The notes under the pieces are model-generated. The model made no database searches, was not told where the DNA came from, and saw nothing but the letters and a program-made list of their open reading frames with translations. Below are positions 47,074 through 57,828 of a stretch of 64,000 nucleotides of DNA, one piece after another. The stretch is from Gloeobacterales cyanobacterium. GTDB taxonomy: Bacteria > Cyanobacteriota > Cyanobacteriia > Gloeobacterales > PMM-0068. The DNA lies in contig JBBRSB010000018.1 of assembly GCA_038245785.1 (NCBI GenBank), positions 24,616 to 88,615 on the forward strand. The letters are read 5' to 3'. The position numbers and the translations under genes were made by a program. Position 1 is the stretch's first letter, and the number at the start of each line of letters is the position of its first letter.

Positions 47074-48279
47074 GTGAATACAGCCGCCAAGCCCACCACT
47101 AAGGGCGCACGTATTATCTTATTTACGGGTAAAGGTGGAGTGGGTAAAACTTCCTGCGCTGCAGCTACAGGCTTACGCTGTGCAGAATTAGGCTATCGCA
47201 CCCTCGTCCTCTCTACAGATCCAGCTCATTCCCTCGCCGATAGTTTTGATGAACCTCTATCTCATGTCCCCAAGCAAGTCAAACCCAATCTATGGGGAGC
47301 TGAACTGGATGCCTTAATTGAGCTAGAAGACAATTGGGGCGCGGTGAAAACCTATATCACGAAGGTCCTACAAGCCCGTGGTTTAGAAGGAATTCAAGCA
47401 GAAGAACTCGCTGTTTTACCCGGCATGGATGAAATCTTTGGCCTGGTACGGGTCAAGCGAGAGTATGACGACGGTCAGTTCGACGTGTTGATCATCGATT
47501 CCGCGCCTACAGGTACGGCCCTTAGGCTTTTAAGCCTGCCAGAAATTTCCGGCTGGTATATGCGTAAGTTCTACAAGCCGTTGCAGGGTTTAGCTAAAGT
47601 TCTGACGCCCGTCTTCAATCCTGTGTTTAAACAGGTGATTGGCGCACCCTTGCCCGGTCAAGACATTTATGATGCTGGCTATGAGTTCTACGAAAAGATT
47701 GAAGCGCTGGAACGCATTCTCACGGATAACACGACCACTTCCGTCCGGTTGGTCACCAATCCAGAAAAGATGGTCCTTAAAGAGTCCTTGAGAGCCCATG
47801 CTTATTTAAGTTTGTACAACGTTTCTACGGATATGGTGATTGCTAACCGAGTAATCCCTGATTCGGTGGAAGACCCCTATTTTGATGGCTGGAAGAAATC
47901 CCAGCGAGTATATAGAGACCAGATTCGCAATGACTTTAGTCCCCTGCCCGTCATAGAAGTCCCTCTGTATAAGGAAGAATTGGTCGGCTTTGAGGCTTTG
48001 GACCGTCTGAAGGAAGACCTCTATCACGATACGGACCCTGCGCAGGTAATGTACAGAGAGAACACACTTAGCGTTACGGTACAAGGAACAGGTTATTGCT
48101 TAAATCTCTATCTGCCTGGAGTCCCTAAATCAGAAGTGAAACTCTCAAAATCTGGAGATGAGTTGAATATCCGTATTGGTAATCATCGCCGCAATATGGT
48201 TCTTCCTCAATCCTTAGCGGCTTTGCAACCGAGCAGTGCCAAGATGGAAGAAGACTATTTACGGATTAGCTTTAGCTGA
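47074..48279 (+). CDS. ArsA/GET3 family ATPase with C-terminal HSP20-like domain
   Basis: [36 protein letters not shown]. Confidence 0.93.
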   Translation: MNTAAKPTTKGARIILFTGKGGVGKTSCAAATGLRCAELGYRTLVLSTDPAHSLADSFDEPLSHVPKQVKPNLWGAELDALIELEDNWGAVKTYITKVLQARGLEGIQAEELAVLPGMDEIFGLVRVKREYDDGQFDVLIIDSAPTGTALRLLSLPEISGWYMRKFYKPLQGLAKVLTPVFNPVFKQVIGAPLPGQDIYDAGYEFYEKIEALERILTDNTTTSVRLVTNPEKMVLKESLRAHAYLSLYNVSTDMVIANRVIPDSVEDPYFDGWKKSQRVYRDQIRNDFSPLPVIEVPLYKEELVGFEALDRLKEDLYHDTDPAQVMYRENTLSVTVQGTGYCLNLYLPGVPKSEVKLSKSGDELNIRIGNHRRNMVLPQSLAALQPSSAKMEEDYLRISFS

Positions 48280-48283
48280 TTTT

Positions 48284-48408
48284 TAGGTACCTAGGTGGAA
48301 TTAAATAGCAGCCCCCCTCATAGTCCCCCTTGGAACTAGACGTAGCCTTCCCGGAGGACGGCGGTAGCCGGGGGTTATGTTCGCTTTAATTAAGCGCCCA
48401 CCTACTTA
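48284..48408. mobile_element. MITE/REP-like intergenic element with imperfect terminal inverted repeats
   Basis: Left end taggtacctaggtggaattaaa; right end tttaattaagcgcccacctactta; internal C-rich/G-rich arms; right end includes the TAA of the glycosyltransferase. Confidence 0.55.
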
Positions 48409-49338
48409 GGTAATTCGCCTCTTAGTTGAGCTCTTTTGCCACAGGGAAAGGACATTCTTTAAGCGGCTAAGGGGATGGGCTGTGGGAAACCTAAGAGCTT
48501 GTAAAGAGAGTTTCAGCGTATCGTATCCATCCCCATGTTGCCATCTACGATATTGATAAGGCCAGTGGTCTTCAAGGCGAACACGCTGAGCAACATTTAA
48601 ACTTTCTAGAGTTTCATTGAGACAGGAAACAAGAGTTTCATAAAGTGCTCGTTCTCCCTCATTCCCCCACGTGAGATGATCATTAGCTCCGTGAATTCGA
48701 TAATAGGCTAGGACCTGATTGAGCCCTACAATTTCGCCAAAAAAAGGAGCAAGACAAGCTAAGTAAGCATCAGGAGCTCTCTTGCAACTTTCTTCCGGAA
48801 CATTCATGACCTTTTCTAAAAATTCTCTCTGGAAACAGAGTCCAGAGGTTGGAGGATAGCGCCACCACCCGCCTGACCTAGACACCCGTTCAACCATTTG
48901 GCCTTGCCATAGCATATAGGGCCAAGGCTTGCCATAGGGAACACCCTCTGAGGAGATCCATTGCATTCGGTGGTAAATCAAACTTGCTTGCGGATGGTTT
49001 GATGCCGCTTTAGCCAATTCTTCCAATTTCGAAGGCTCGTAGAGATCATCTGAGTCTAGTAGACAAATATAATTACCACGACTCATAGCAAATCCTGCAT
49101 TGATAGCAGACGCAAGCCCCCCATTCTCTTTGTAAATTGGAACTACTAAATCCTTGTAACTTTCAATAATTTCTCTCGATTTGTCGATGGAACCGTCATC
49201 TACTACGATGATTTCTACATTTTTGTAGGTTTGCTGAATGACACTATCGATAGCTTCGTTTAGGTACTGCTCATAGTTATAACTAGGAATAATGACGCTC
49301 ATTAAAGGTCCAGTCATACTTTCTGTGTCAATTTTCAT
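48406..49338 (-). CDS. Glycosyltransferase family 2
   Basis: SVIIPSYNY, VVDDGS, NGG.ASA.N.G, LDSDD, YRIHGAN. Confidence 0.93.
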   Translation of the reverse strand: MKIDTESMTGPLMSVIIPSYNYEQYLNEAIDSVIQQTYKNVEIIVVDDGSIDKSREIIESYKDLVVPIYKENGGLASAINAGFAMSRGNYICLLDSDDLYEPSKLEELAKAASNHPQASLIYHRMQWISSEGVPYGKPWPYMLWQGQMVERVSRSGGWWRYPPTSGLCFQREFLEKVMNVPEESCKRAPDAYLACLAPFFGEIVGLNQVLAYYRIHGANDHLTWGNEGERALYETLVSCLNETLESLNVAQRVRLEDHWPYQYRRWQHGDGYDTLKLSLQALRFPTAHPLSRLKNVLSLWQKSSTKRRIT

Positions 49339-49507
49339 AGGGAGGATGGGATAAACTGTGAATGTAGCATTGCAAACAAGCCTATATGCTCTGCACGTGT
49401 TAACTTACTGATATCACTAAGTGTTTAATTACTGATATTCGGCCTATTGTACATCTTCAGAAGCCGAGAAAAAGTTGCTGCCAATACTAGCATGAGGAAA
49501 GTGGCTA

Positions 49508-50725
49508 GTGGATATTTTAAGACCTATCCGTTCTAAGGAACGGTTCCTTGTTTTCGGTGCGCCTGCTATTGAAGACGATGAAATTCAAGAAGTGATCAGC
49601 AGTATGAAGAGCGGTTGGCTGGGAACTGGACCGAAGGTCATGCGTTTTGAAAACGATTTTAAGACTTACAAAGATGTTTCCCACGCTATCGCTGTTAACT
49701 CCTGCACAGCAGCGCTGCACCTAAGCCTTCTTGCCGCCGGTCTCCAACCAGGGGATGAAGTAATCACATCTCCTGTAACGTTTTGCGCTACGGTCAATGC
49801 CATCATCCATTCAGGAGCGACTCCTGTTTTGGCTGATGTAGACCCGATAACCATGAACCTTGATCCTCAAGCAGTCAAGAGCAAGCTCACTCCAAAAACC
49901 CGTGCTATCGTTCCTGTCCATTTCGCAGGACGTCCCTGTGATATGGATACACTAGTTGGTCTAGCTGCTCGTCATAACCTAAAGATTATTGAGGACTGTG
50001 CCCATGCTGTTGAAACAGAGTACAAAGGGCAAAAAGCCGGTACCATAGGCGATTTTGGCTGTTTTAGTTTCTATGCCACCAAAAATATTGTGACGGGCGA
50101 AGGAGGGATGGTTTTGACGCAACAGGAAGAAGATGCTGCTCGCATCAAAGTCCTAGCCTTGCACGGAATGAGCAAGGATGCCTGGAAACGCTTTGGGGAT
50201 GAAGGATACAAGCATTATCAAGTGGTGGAAGCTGGTTTTAAATACAACATGATGGATCTGCAAGCAGGCATAGGTATCCATCAGCTAAAACGGATTGAGC
50301 CCTATTGGCAAAGACGTGCAGAAATTTGGCAACGCTACCAGCAGGCTTTTGCAGAACTGCCTCTTGGACTTCCTGCTCCTGTAGAGTCTGGAACCCGCCA
50401 TGCCTATCACCTCTACACGATCATGGTGGATGAGGCGAGAACAGGACTTTCTCGTGACGCATTTCTCTGTGCGATGACCAAACAAAATATTGGGGTGGGT
50501 GTGCACTACATGAGTATCGCGGAGCATCCTTACTATAAGAAGACGTTCCAATGGCGGCCAGAAGATTTTCCTCATTCCATGCGCATCGGACGCCAAACGG
50601 TAAGTTTACCTATCTCCGCAAAATTGACCGATGCCGATGTAGAAGATGTGATTGCAGCAGTGAAAAGATGTCTGGCGATGAGCGACTTGCGCCGCCGAGT
50701 TAATCTATTGACTCCTGCAGAGTAG
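49508..50725 (+). CDS. DegT/DnrJ/EryC1/StrS sugar aminotransferase
   Basis: NSCTAALHL, IEDCAHA, FSFYATKNIVTGEGG. Confidence 0.95.
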   Translation: MDILRPIRSKERFLVFGAPAIEDDEIQEVISSMKSGWLGTGPKVMRFENDFKTYKDVSHAIAVNSCTAALHLSLLAAGLQPGDEVITSPVTFCATVNAIIHSGATPVLADVDPITMNLDPQAVKSKLTPKTRAIVPVHFAGRPCDMDTLVGLAARHNLKIIEDCAHAVETEYKGQKAGTIGDFGCFSFYATKNIVTGEGGMVLTQQEEDAARIKVLALHGMSKDAWKRFGDEGYKHYQVVEAGFKYNMMDLQAGIGIHQLKRIEPYWQRRAEIWQRYQQAFAELPLGLPAPVESGTRHAYHLYTIMVDEARTGLSRDAFLCAMTKQNIGVGVHYMSIAEHPYYKKTFQWRPEDFPHSMRIGRQTVSLPISAKLTDADVEDVIAAVKRCLAMSDLRRRVNLLTPAE

Positions 50726-50769
50726 AGATCTTCCCTTTTAGATGCTACTAAGAAGACAGGCACACTTGT

Positions 50770-51222
50770 TTATTTTGCCAGGAGTTCTTTCACGGCAACG
50801 CTGATCATTTTGCCATCAGCCTGGCCAGCAAGCTGTTTGTTTGCTACTCCCATCACCTTCCCCATATCCGCTATGGAAGTCGCCCCTATTTGCTCAATGA
50901 TCTTTACTAAAATTGCTTTCAAGGCATCAGAGCTTAGCTGTTGCGGCAAAAAGTTTTCAATTATTGCAATCTCTTCTTCCTCTTTCTGGGCAAGATCTAC
51001 ACGATTCTGCTGCTGATAAATTTCGAGAGAATCTTTGCGCTGCTTTACCAACTTTTGCAGAATCTTGATTTCTTCCTCAGGGCTAATTTCCCCACCAGCC
51101 CCTTCTGCGGTCTTCGCCAGAATAATAGCAGCTTTAACCGCCCGTAAGCTGCGGAGTGCTTTTTCATCTTTTGCGAGCATGGCCTTTTTTAATTCAGCCA
51201 TAATTGTTTGTTCGAGGCTCAT
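50770..51222 (-). CDS. GatB/YqeY domain protein
   Basis: LKKAMLAKD, KLVKQRKDS, FLPQQLS, DMGKVMG, GQADGK. Confidence 0.93.
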   Translation of the reverse strand: MSLEQTIMAELKKAMLAKDEKALRSLRAVKAAIILAKTAEGAGGEISPEEEIKILQKLVKQRKDSLEIYQQQNRVDLAQKEEEEIAIIENFLPQQLSSDALKAILVKIIEQIGATSIADMGKVMGVANKQLAGQADGKMISVAVKELLAK

Positions 51223-51284
51223 GAGATTTTCTACGGTAAAGGCTATGACTCTGATTCTAGTTTAAATTAAAAAACAAGAAGACT

Positions 51285-51752
51285 CTACTTCCCTTTCAGC
51301 CAGCAATAGAGCGCTTTTTGCGGAGATTGAATCTCTTCTACAGACGTGTAGTAGTAATCTTCCCAATCAACTTCTGGCAGACCAGCAAAGAGCATTAAAT
51401 TGAGGGGATATTGTTCACTATCGGTACAACGGCGAAAATCATCTCGGAATAGAAAAATTGCTTTATTGAGCGCGATGGCGATGCCTAGCTCCACCATCAC
51501 TCCTTCATCCGGCGGCGTTCCATTGACAACGGCAAAAATTCCATCGCAGTTTTTCACATCTTTTAGATCTGCCTGTGCCACTCTATACGCCCAGCCTGTC
51601 TGAGAGAAATCGATTTGATTATTGCGAGCAAATGGCTCCCAAACGTTTGCCCCCATTGCTTCCAAAGATTGCACTAGCGGAGGCAGCAGCAATGACTTCT
51701 GCTGTTGCGAAAAGCCGTAGGGGCTTGCCAAATAGATGGTTTTGCCAGTCAC
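51285..51752 (-). CDS. Nucleoside 2-deoxyribosyltransferase family protein
   Basis: IYLASPYGF, DEGVMVELGIA, LNLML. Confidence 0.9.
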   Translation of the reverse strand: MTGKTIYLASPYGFSQQQKSLLLPPLVQSLEAMGANVWEPFARNNQIDFSQTGWAYRVAQADLKDVKNCDGIFAVVNGTPPDEGVMVELGIAIALNKAIFLFRDDFRRCTDSEQYPLNLMLFAGLPEVDWEDYYYTSVEEIQSPQKALYCWLKGK

Positions 51753-51841
51753 GGCTGTTTCCTTATGGAGGTAATTATCAACGTATCTCTAACATACGTT
51801 GAATGGAGCAGTTTCTCATAGTCAGTCGATTGGATCGCCTG

Positions 51842-52396
51842 CTAGATTCGTTTCTCAAAATACTGACCGATCATCTGCTCTTTACCTGCTCGAGAAATAA
51901 TGGTTTGCCGGGTGCGGAAGTCTGCATTCAAACCGATAAGCTTGATTTCTTCACTAAAAGTAGAACCGCCATACTCCGTCTTCAGGTGCATGGTTTTAGG
52001 GTCTGGGAAGGAAAACTGAGCTGTAACAGGCTTTGCCGTAGCAAAGCCCCTGTCCCGATACAAAGTGCCACCCAAGACTCCGAATACGGTTGAGCCCGTT
52101 AATTGCTTATGGCTAGGCCCACGATAGGTACTTTCCCAAGAAGTCTGAACGCCACAGACCAAAGCCGTTTCATCAGATAGCCCATGCACACGGGCTAGTT
52201 CTATAAGATCAGCACTTTCCTTTTCTAGGAAATGAATTTTTAAAAGGCTTTCTACTTCCTGCACATCCCCATCTTTCAAGGTGTAGTAGCGCCGCTCAGA
52301 CCGCCATTCTCCTTCTGATTTCCTGAAAAATTCTTCGACAAGCGAATGGAGCAAGGATTCAGAGGACTGCTGAATGGGTGGGGTAGAGAAGGGCAT
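51842..52396 (-). CDS. Phycobiliprotein lyase, CpcS/CpeS family
   Basis: FFRKSEGEWRSERRYY, LYRDRGF, EEI.L....RTRQT, E.R end. Confidence 0.85.
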   Translation of the reverse strand: MPFSTPPIQQSSESLLHSLVEEFFRKSEGEWRSERRYYTLKDGDVQEVESLLKIHFLEKESADLIELARVHGLSDETALVCGVQTSWESTYRGPSHKQLTGSTVFGVLGGTLYRDRGFATAKPVTAQFSFPDPKTMHLKTEYGGSTFSEEIKLIGLNADFRTRQTIISRAGKEQMIGQYFEKRI

Positions 52397-52560
52397 GAAG
52401 GTTTGACCTCTTAGCAAAACAGGGCGCCACCCCTCAAGGGTGTTATGTAACAAGATCTTTACAAAACAATGTTAGTTCATGGCTTGGCTTAATGGCAAAC
52501 CTCTTGCGGACATATTAGCTTAGTCAATTTACGGCCTCAGATGCCACGCGCGTGTACCCA

Positions 52561-53130
52561 TCAGCAATCGGTCGGCCCTGATTTCCATTGATTGGTTTCT
52601 GCCCATACTTCTGCACCGCCCATAATGATGTCACACACAGGATCTTTGACGTCGTAATAGGCATCAATGTCGTGCTCATGATATTTGGCAAGAGCGCATT
52701 TCACCTGAGCGTAGGCCTCTGCGGTTGCAGGGTTAGCTCGCAGGTAATCTCGAAATAGGAGTGGATACCGTTGATTGGCTCTTCCTGAGAGTCGCACATG
52801 AACATTTACGGGACGCTGAGAGGAAGACGGTTTGAATAGCCACTTCATCCAGTCGCTCATTGGGTAAGCATTCCCCGACGGAAGATGGTCTTGAGTAACA
52901 TGTTCAATACGGTGATATCCAGCCCGATTAAGGGCTAGTTCAATAACTGGATCAAAACTCAGAGCGCTAATTTGAATGTCGATGATGTCCTTTGCCGCTA
53001 AACCAGAAATAGACGTGGAACCAATGTGATCAATACGCTGCGCAAGATCACCAAGGGTTTGGCGCAGGATTATCCCTAGCGTTAAGAACTCATTAGGCCA
53101 GGTTGTTTGATAGGGTACTATCGTAATCAT
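52561..53130 (-). CDS. GrpB/dephospho-CoA kinase-like nucleotidyltransferase
   Basis: IDHIGSTS..GLAAKDIIDI, FRDYLR, Y...K. Confidence 0.9.
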   Translation of the reverse strand: MITIVPYQTTWPNEFLTLGIILRQTLGDLAQRIDHIGSTSISGLAAKDIIDIQISALSFDPVIELALNRAGYHRIEHVTQDHLPSGNAYPMSDWMKWLFKPSSSQRPVNVHVRLSGRANQRYPLLFRDYLRANPATAEAYAQVKCALAKYHEHDIDAYYDVKDPVCDIIMGGAEVWAETNQWKSGPTDC

Positions 53131-53181
53131 TTTATAAATCTAGCCTAAGCGTTAACGTGCTATCTAACTAAGTCAACCGCA

Positions 53182-54045
53182 CTACAGTAAGCCAAGGTCT
53201 TTGAAACAACGGCGCATTAACTCCAGGCGAGCGGATGTATCCTTTTTGTTGCGGACCTCGATATTGATAGCAAAGAAGTAGACATTTTGAGCACGTTCTA
53301 AATAACCGACATACCATCCAATTTGAGGGGTTACTTTACCATCAAAACCAACCAAACCTGTCTTACCTCTAATGGTATAGTCTGGAGTTTTCTCGCTCAC
53401 CATGATGTCTTTGACGATAGAGAAGGAGCGTTCAGAGAAGGGTAAATCGTTATTATAGAAACGGCGGAGAAACTGAATTTGCTCTTGAGGCGTAATGCGC
53501 AATGCTCCCTCTAGCCAGAATTTATCAATATCCTCTTTGCCACCGAGTTTCTGGTTACCATATCCCGCTTCAGTAACGAATTTTTGCATGCGCTCATGCT
53601 CAACTTTACGAGCTAGAACTTGGTAGAACCAGGGAGCTGAAACCTTGATCGCTTCTCTCATGTTCAGGTCCCGATTCCACTCAGGAACTTCTCTCTGAAT
53701 TCCATCCCACGTCAGAACAGCGATTTCATTAGGAATCACACCAGTCTCTAGCGAAATTAGAGAATTGAGAATCTTAAAGGAAGATCCTGGCAAGTATGCC
53801 GTTGCATTGCGCTGTGGATTGTGTTGATAGGTTCGATTGTTATTTGAATCGTAGATCAGGGCAGAGCCTTCAACGCCCAGTTCTTGAAAATGTCGTCCAA
53901 AATTGATTTGCTGTTTAGTATCTCTGCTGGTTGGCGACTGGCTTATTGGTAATGCTGATACTAATGACGTTGGCTGAAATAGGATCGAGGCCAGGCAACT
54001 TAACGCGATTAGGCTAACAGTTCTGAGCAGAGGTTTACAGTGCAT
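53182..54045 (-). CDS. Class D beta-lactamase-like protein
   Basis: PGSSFKI, SAPWFY, YGN, FWL.G.L.I, KTG, GWYVG; signal peptide. Confidence 0.9.
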   Translation of the reverse strand: MHCKPLLRTVSLIALSCLASILFQPTSLVSALPISQSPTSRDTKQQINFGRHFQELGVEGSALIYDSNNNRTYQHNPQRNATAYLPGSSFKILNSLISLETGVIPNEIAVLTWDGIQREVPEWNRDLNMREAIKVSAPWFYQVLARKVEHERMQKFVTEAGYGNQKLGGKEDIDKFWLEGALRITPQEQIQFLRRFYNNDLPFSERSFSIVKDIMVSEKTPDYTIRGKTGLVGFDGKVTPQIGWYVGYLERAQNVYFFAINIEVRNKKDTSARLELMRRCFKDLGLL

Positions 54046-54194
54046 AGGCTTCCCGTGCGTTAGATGGAATAAAGGGCTGCGAACATCGTCCCGCTTCTGT
54101 TGTTTTCTACTTAAACTCAAGGATATTCCGGCAAATTCAAGTAGGGTAAGAATATAACAGTCTAGTCCAGCCCCAAACTCTTGAGGTGCACACT

Positions 54195-56207
54195 ATGACC
54201 AACACTCAACCCTCGCTCGAAGCACTATGCATCAATACCATCCGTTTTCTGGCGGTAGATGCCGTCGAAAAAGCAAATTCAGGTCATCCAGGACTGCCCA
54301 TGGGAGCCGCTCCCATGGCTTTTGTCCTCTGGGACCGCTTTTTAAGGTTTAACCCGAAGAACCCTAAGTGGCTGAATCGAGACCGTTTCATTCTGTCGGC
54401 GGGACATGGTTCGATGCTGCTGTATTCTCTACTCTATTTAACCGGGTATGAGAATCTCACCCTGGAAGACCTTAAGCAGTTCCGTCAGTGGGGATCTAAA
54501 ACGCCTGGTCATCCAGAAAACATCATGCATCCTGGGATTGAAGTAACCACCGGACCTCTGGGTCAGGGGATTGCCAACGCCGTGGGCATGGCCATAGCCG
54601 AAGCTCACTTAGCCACTGTGTTTAACAAGCCCGACTGCACCGTGATTGACCAGTACACCTATGTGCTAATGGGAGATGGCGACAACATGGAAGGCGTCGC
54701 TTCTGAAGCCTGTTCTCTGGCGGGTCATTTGGGCCTTGGCAAGCTGATTGTCTTCTACGATGACAACCACATCTCCATCGATGGTTCTACGAACTTGGCC
54801 TTCACTGAAGATGTGAGCGGCCGCTATGAAAAATATGGTTGGCATGTGCAGAGGGTGGCGCAGGGAGATACAGACCTCGCCGCGATTGAGGGCGCGATTA
54901 GAGCAGCTCAAGCAGTGACCGACAAGCCTTCCTTGATTCAAGTTCGGACCACGATTGGCTATGGCTCTCCAGCGCTAGCCGGAACCCAGAAGATCCATAG
55001 TGATGCCTTGGGTTCTGCAGAAGTCCAGGCAACCCGTAAGAATTTAGGCTGGGACTATGAACCCTTTGTGGTGCCCGAAGAAGCCCTTGACCATTGGCGC
55101 AAAGCGATTGAACGGGGAGCGAAGTTAGAAGCTGATTGGAATCAGCGGTTCGCTTTCTACCAAGAGCACTATCCCGAAGAAGCGCAAACACTGGAGCGGA
55201 TGCATCGAGCAGAACTGCCACAGGGATGGGAACAGTGCTTACCGACCTATCCTCCGGTGACTCCCCCAGAAAAAGATGCAACGCGCAATCATTCCGGTAA
55301 AGTCCTCAATGCGCTAGCAGGTGTGCTTCCCGAATTGATTGGAGGCTCTGCTGACCTTGCTCCTTCCAACAAGACCTTGCTTAAGTCTTCTGGAGATTTC
55401 CAAAAAGGCCAGTACCAAAATCGCAACCTCCGTTTTGGGGTACGAGAACATGCGATGGGCGCTATTTGTAATGGTCTTGCCCGACATGGTTCAGGATTAA
55501 TTCCCTATGGGGCAACCTTTCTAATATTTACCGACTACATGCGGGCAGCGATTCGGCTATCGGCCTTGTCCGAAGCAGGGGTGATTTATGTGATGACCCA
55601 TGATTCGATTGCGGTTGGAGAAGATGGCCCGACACACCAACCCGTTGAACATCTGGCTACGCTTAGGGCTATTCCGCATCTGCTGGTGCTGCGTCCAGCC
55701 GATGGCAATGAAACCTCCGGTGCCTATAAAGTTGCTATCCAGAATCGCACACGACCTTCTCTCCTCGCGCTATCTCGGCAATCAGTTCCCAATCTAGCAG
55801 GGACTTCTCTGGAAGCAGTGGCCAAGGGTGCTTATATCGTCTCAGACAGTGAAGGGCTACCTGATTTGATTTTGTTAGGTACAGGCAGCGAGTTGCAGCT
55901 TTGTGTACAGGCTGCCGAACAGTTGCGCAATGAAGGTAAAAAAGTGCGCGTCGTCTCTATGGTTTGCTGGAAGCTTTTTGAGGAGCAGGACGCAGCCTAT
56001 CGAGAATCTGTTCTACCGAAAGCTGTTCGTAAGCGACTAGGCGTAGAAGCGGCAGTCAGTTTTGGCTGGTGTCGTTATCTAGGAGATGAAGGAGTGAGCA
56101 TTAGCGTTGAAACCTTTGGTTCTTCCGCTCCAGGTAATGTCTGCCTTGAACGATTTGGTTTTACGGTGGATAACGTATTGGCGAAGGCTAAGGAGCTGCT
56201 TAGATAG
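54195..56207 (+). CDS. tkt: Transketolase
   Basis: [44 protein letters not shown]. Confidence 0.98.
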   Translation: MTNTQPSLEALCINTIRFLAVDAVEKANSGHPGLPMGAAPMAFVLWDRFLRFNPKNPKWLNRDRFILSAGHGSMLLYSLLYLTGYENLTLEDLKQFRQWGSKTPGHPENIMHPGIEVTTGPLGQGIANAVGMAIAEAHLATVFNKPDCTVIDQYTYVLMGDGDNMEGVASEACSLAGHLGLGKLIVFYDDNHISIDGSTNLAFTEDVSGRYEKYGWHVQRVAQGDTDLAAIEGAIRAAQAVTDKPSLIQVRTTIGYGSPALAGTQKIHSDALGSAEVQATRKNLGWDYEPFVVPEEALDHWRKAIERGAKLEADWNQRFAFYQEHYPEEAQTLERMHRAELPQGWEQCLPTYPPVTPPEKDATRNHSGKVLNALAGVLPELIGGSADLAPSNKTLLKSSGDFQKGQYQNRNLRFGVREHAMGAICNGLARHGSGLIPYGATFLIFTDYMRAAIRLSALSEAGVIYVMTHDSIAVGEDGPTHQPVEHLATLRAIPHLLVLRPADGNETSGAYKVAIQNRTRPSLLALSRQSVPNLAGTSLEAVAKGAYIVSDSEGLPDLILLGTGSELQLCVQAAEQLRNEGKKVRVVSMVCWKLFEEQDAAYRESVLPKAVRKRLGVEAAVSFGWCRYLGDEGVSISVETFGSSAPGNVCLERFGFTVDNVLAKAKELLR

Positions 56208-56242
56208 GATTAGGTTGGTCCGTAGCAGCACAGGGTTTCACG

Positions 56243-57721
56243 TCATAAAACCTGTGCCCATTTTTGAATACCTATTTGAATTTGCTGCGGCGTGAGTTCG
56301 GCATAGCCCAAAATAAAGGCTCCGCTTCCCTTTGCCTTGAGATAGTGGGGTTGGGCAGACAAAAGACCAATACCTACTTGTGCAGCCCGTTGAACGATTT
56401 CTGGATCGCTTAGATGCGTATGTAACTGCACCATCAGATGTATTCCAGCTTTGTCTCCGAGAATGGTGACCCGCTCTTGAAAGTGGGTCTTTAGCGATTG
56501 AACTAGAATTTGGCGACACTGGTCATAGTAGGAACGCATCTTACGGACATGACGTTCTAAATGCCCTTCCTCCATAAAATCAGTCAAAACTTGTTGCTCC
56601 AGGATCGGTAAATGTCGATCACTCAACCACTTGGCGCGGCCAAACAGTGAAATTAGATTGGGGGGCAAAACTAGATAGCCAATGCGCAAGGAAGGAAACA
56701 ACACTTTCGAAAATGTTCCAATATAGAAAACTGATTGGCTACGGTCCAAACCCTGTAAAGCTGGAATCGGTCGGTCCCCGTAGCGATATTCACTGTCATA
56801 ATCATCCTCAATCAGAATTGTTCCTGTCTGTTGCGCCCAGGCAAGAAGTTCCAATCGTCGAGCTAAAGATAGCGTTGCGCCTGTTGGGAACTGGTGAGAG
56901 GGTGTGATATAAACCAGTCGAATCTCTTCAGTTGAATTATTGAGCAGTTTTTGCACGACTAAACCCGACGCATCGACGGCAATTGGTAAGATCTTTGCGC
57001 TCTGGCTGAGGAAAACCCGTCGTGCGCTCAAGTAGCCGGGATCTTCCATCGCAACCGTATCTCCTGGATCAAGCAGCAGCCGTGCTATCAAATTCAGAGC
57101 TTGCTGGGTGCCATTGGTAATTAGAATCTGGTTCGATTCGCATTGCACGGCGCGGGCACGGGAGAGATAACGAGCGATCGCTTGGCGTAAAGGTTGGTAT
57201 CCAAGCGGATCCGTTGAATAGTCTAGCCAACCGGACTGAGCACGACAGTGCCGAGATAGAAGCTTACGCCATAGTTCTAACGGAAATAACTCAAGGGCTG
57301 GTCGTCCATAGCGAAAATTAATCGGGGCCTGAGTTTCTGGCGTCCATGGGACCTCGGTTTCCGCCAATTGAGCGGCATACTTGGATAGCTTGACTGCTGA
57401 ACAATTGAGTTTATCAGATAGCTCAACAGAAGGAGCACGTAGGAGGTCATCAGGAAGTTGGGCACAGACAAAAGTACCGGAACCCACCATCGTCTCCAGA
57501 TAGCCCTCACTTAATAGTTGCTCATAGCTTTGTGTCACTGTACTTCGAGAAATTTCCAGTGACTGCGCCAGCGCGCGCGTTGAAGGCAGTTTCTGACGAG
57601 GTGACAACCGACCATCAAGAATCGCTCGTCGCAGTTCTTCGTAGAGTTTTTGATGTAGAGGCAAATTCCTTTGGGGACTATCGCTTACAGCCTGACTGTC
57701 GAGAGTGATGGTGAAATCCAA
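56243..57721 (-). CDS. MocR/PdxR family GntR-aminotransferase regulator
   Basis: LPSTRALA HTH, TPSHQFPTG, EDDYDSEY, GTFSK, LRIGY. Confidence 0.95.
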   Translation of the reverse strand: MDFTITLDSQAVSDSPQRNLPLHQKLYEELRRAILDGRLSPRQKLPSTRALAQSLEISRSTVTQSYEQLLSEGYLETMVGSGTFVCAQLPDDLLRAPSVELSDKLNCSAVKLSKYAAQLAETEVPWTPETQAPINFRYGRPALELFPLELWRKLLSRHCRAQSGWLDYSTDPLGYQPLRQAIARYLSRARAVQCESNQILITNGTQQALNLIARLLLDPGDTVAMEDPGYLSARRVFLSQSAKILPIAVDASGLVVQKLLNNSTEEIRLVYITPSHQFPTGATLSLARRLELLAWAQQTGTILIEDDYDSEYRYGDRPIPALQGLDRSQSVFYIGTFSKVLFPSLRIGYLVLPPNLISLFGRAKWLSDRHLPILEQQVLTDFMEEGHLERHVRKMRSYYDQCRQILVQSLKTHFQERVTILGDKAGIHLMVQLHTHLSDPEIVQRAAQVGIGLLSAQPHYLKAKGSGAFILGYAELTPQQIQIGIQKWAQVL

Positions 57722-57735
57722 AAGTGCTCAACCAA

Positions 57736-57784
57736 AAGTGGACTGCTACTAAAGTAGCAAAGTGGCTCTTGAGCGGGTCCACTT
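57736..57784. promoter_or_regulatory. Probable MocR operator (two direct + one inverted AAGTGG)
   Basis: AAGTGG at 57736 and 57760, CCACTT at 57779, in the divergent intergenic region. Confidence 0.65.
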
Positions 57785-57828
57785 AGGTAGATAAGTTAAG
57801 GGTAGATTCGTTTAGTGGACCCTCTTAA

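Noticed and set aside
52447..52462. GTA...TAC palindrome upstream of the lyase gene as an NtcA site
   Set aside because: Spacer is N10, not the N8 required.
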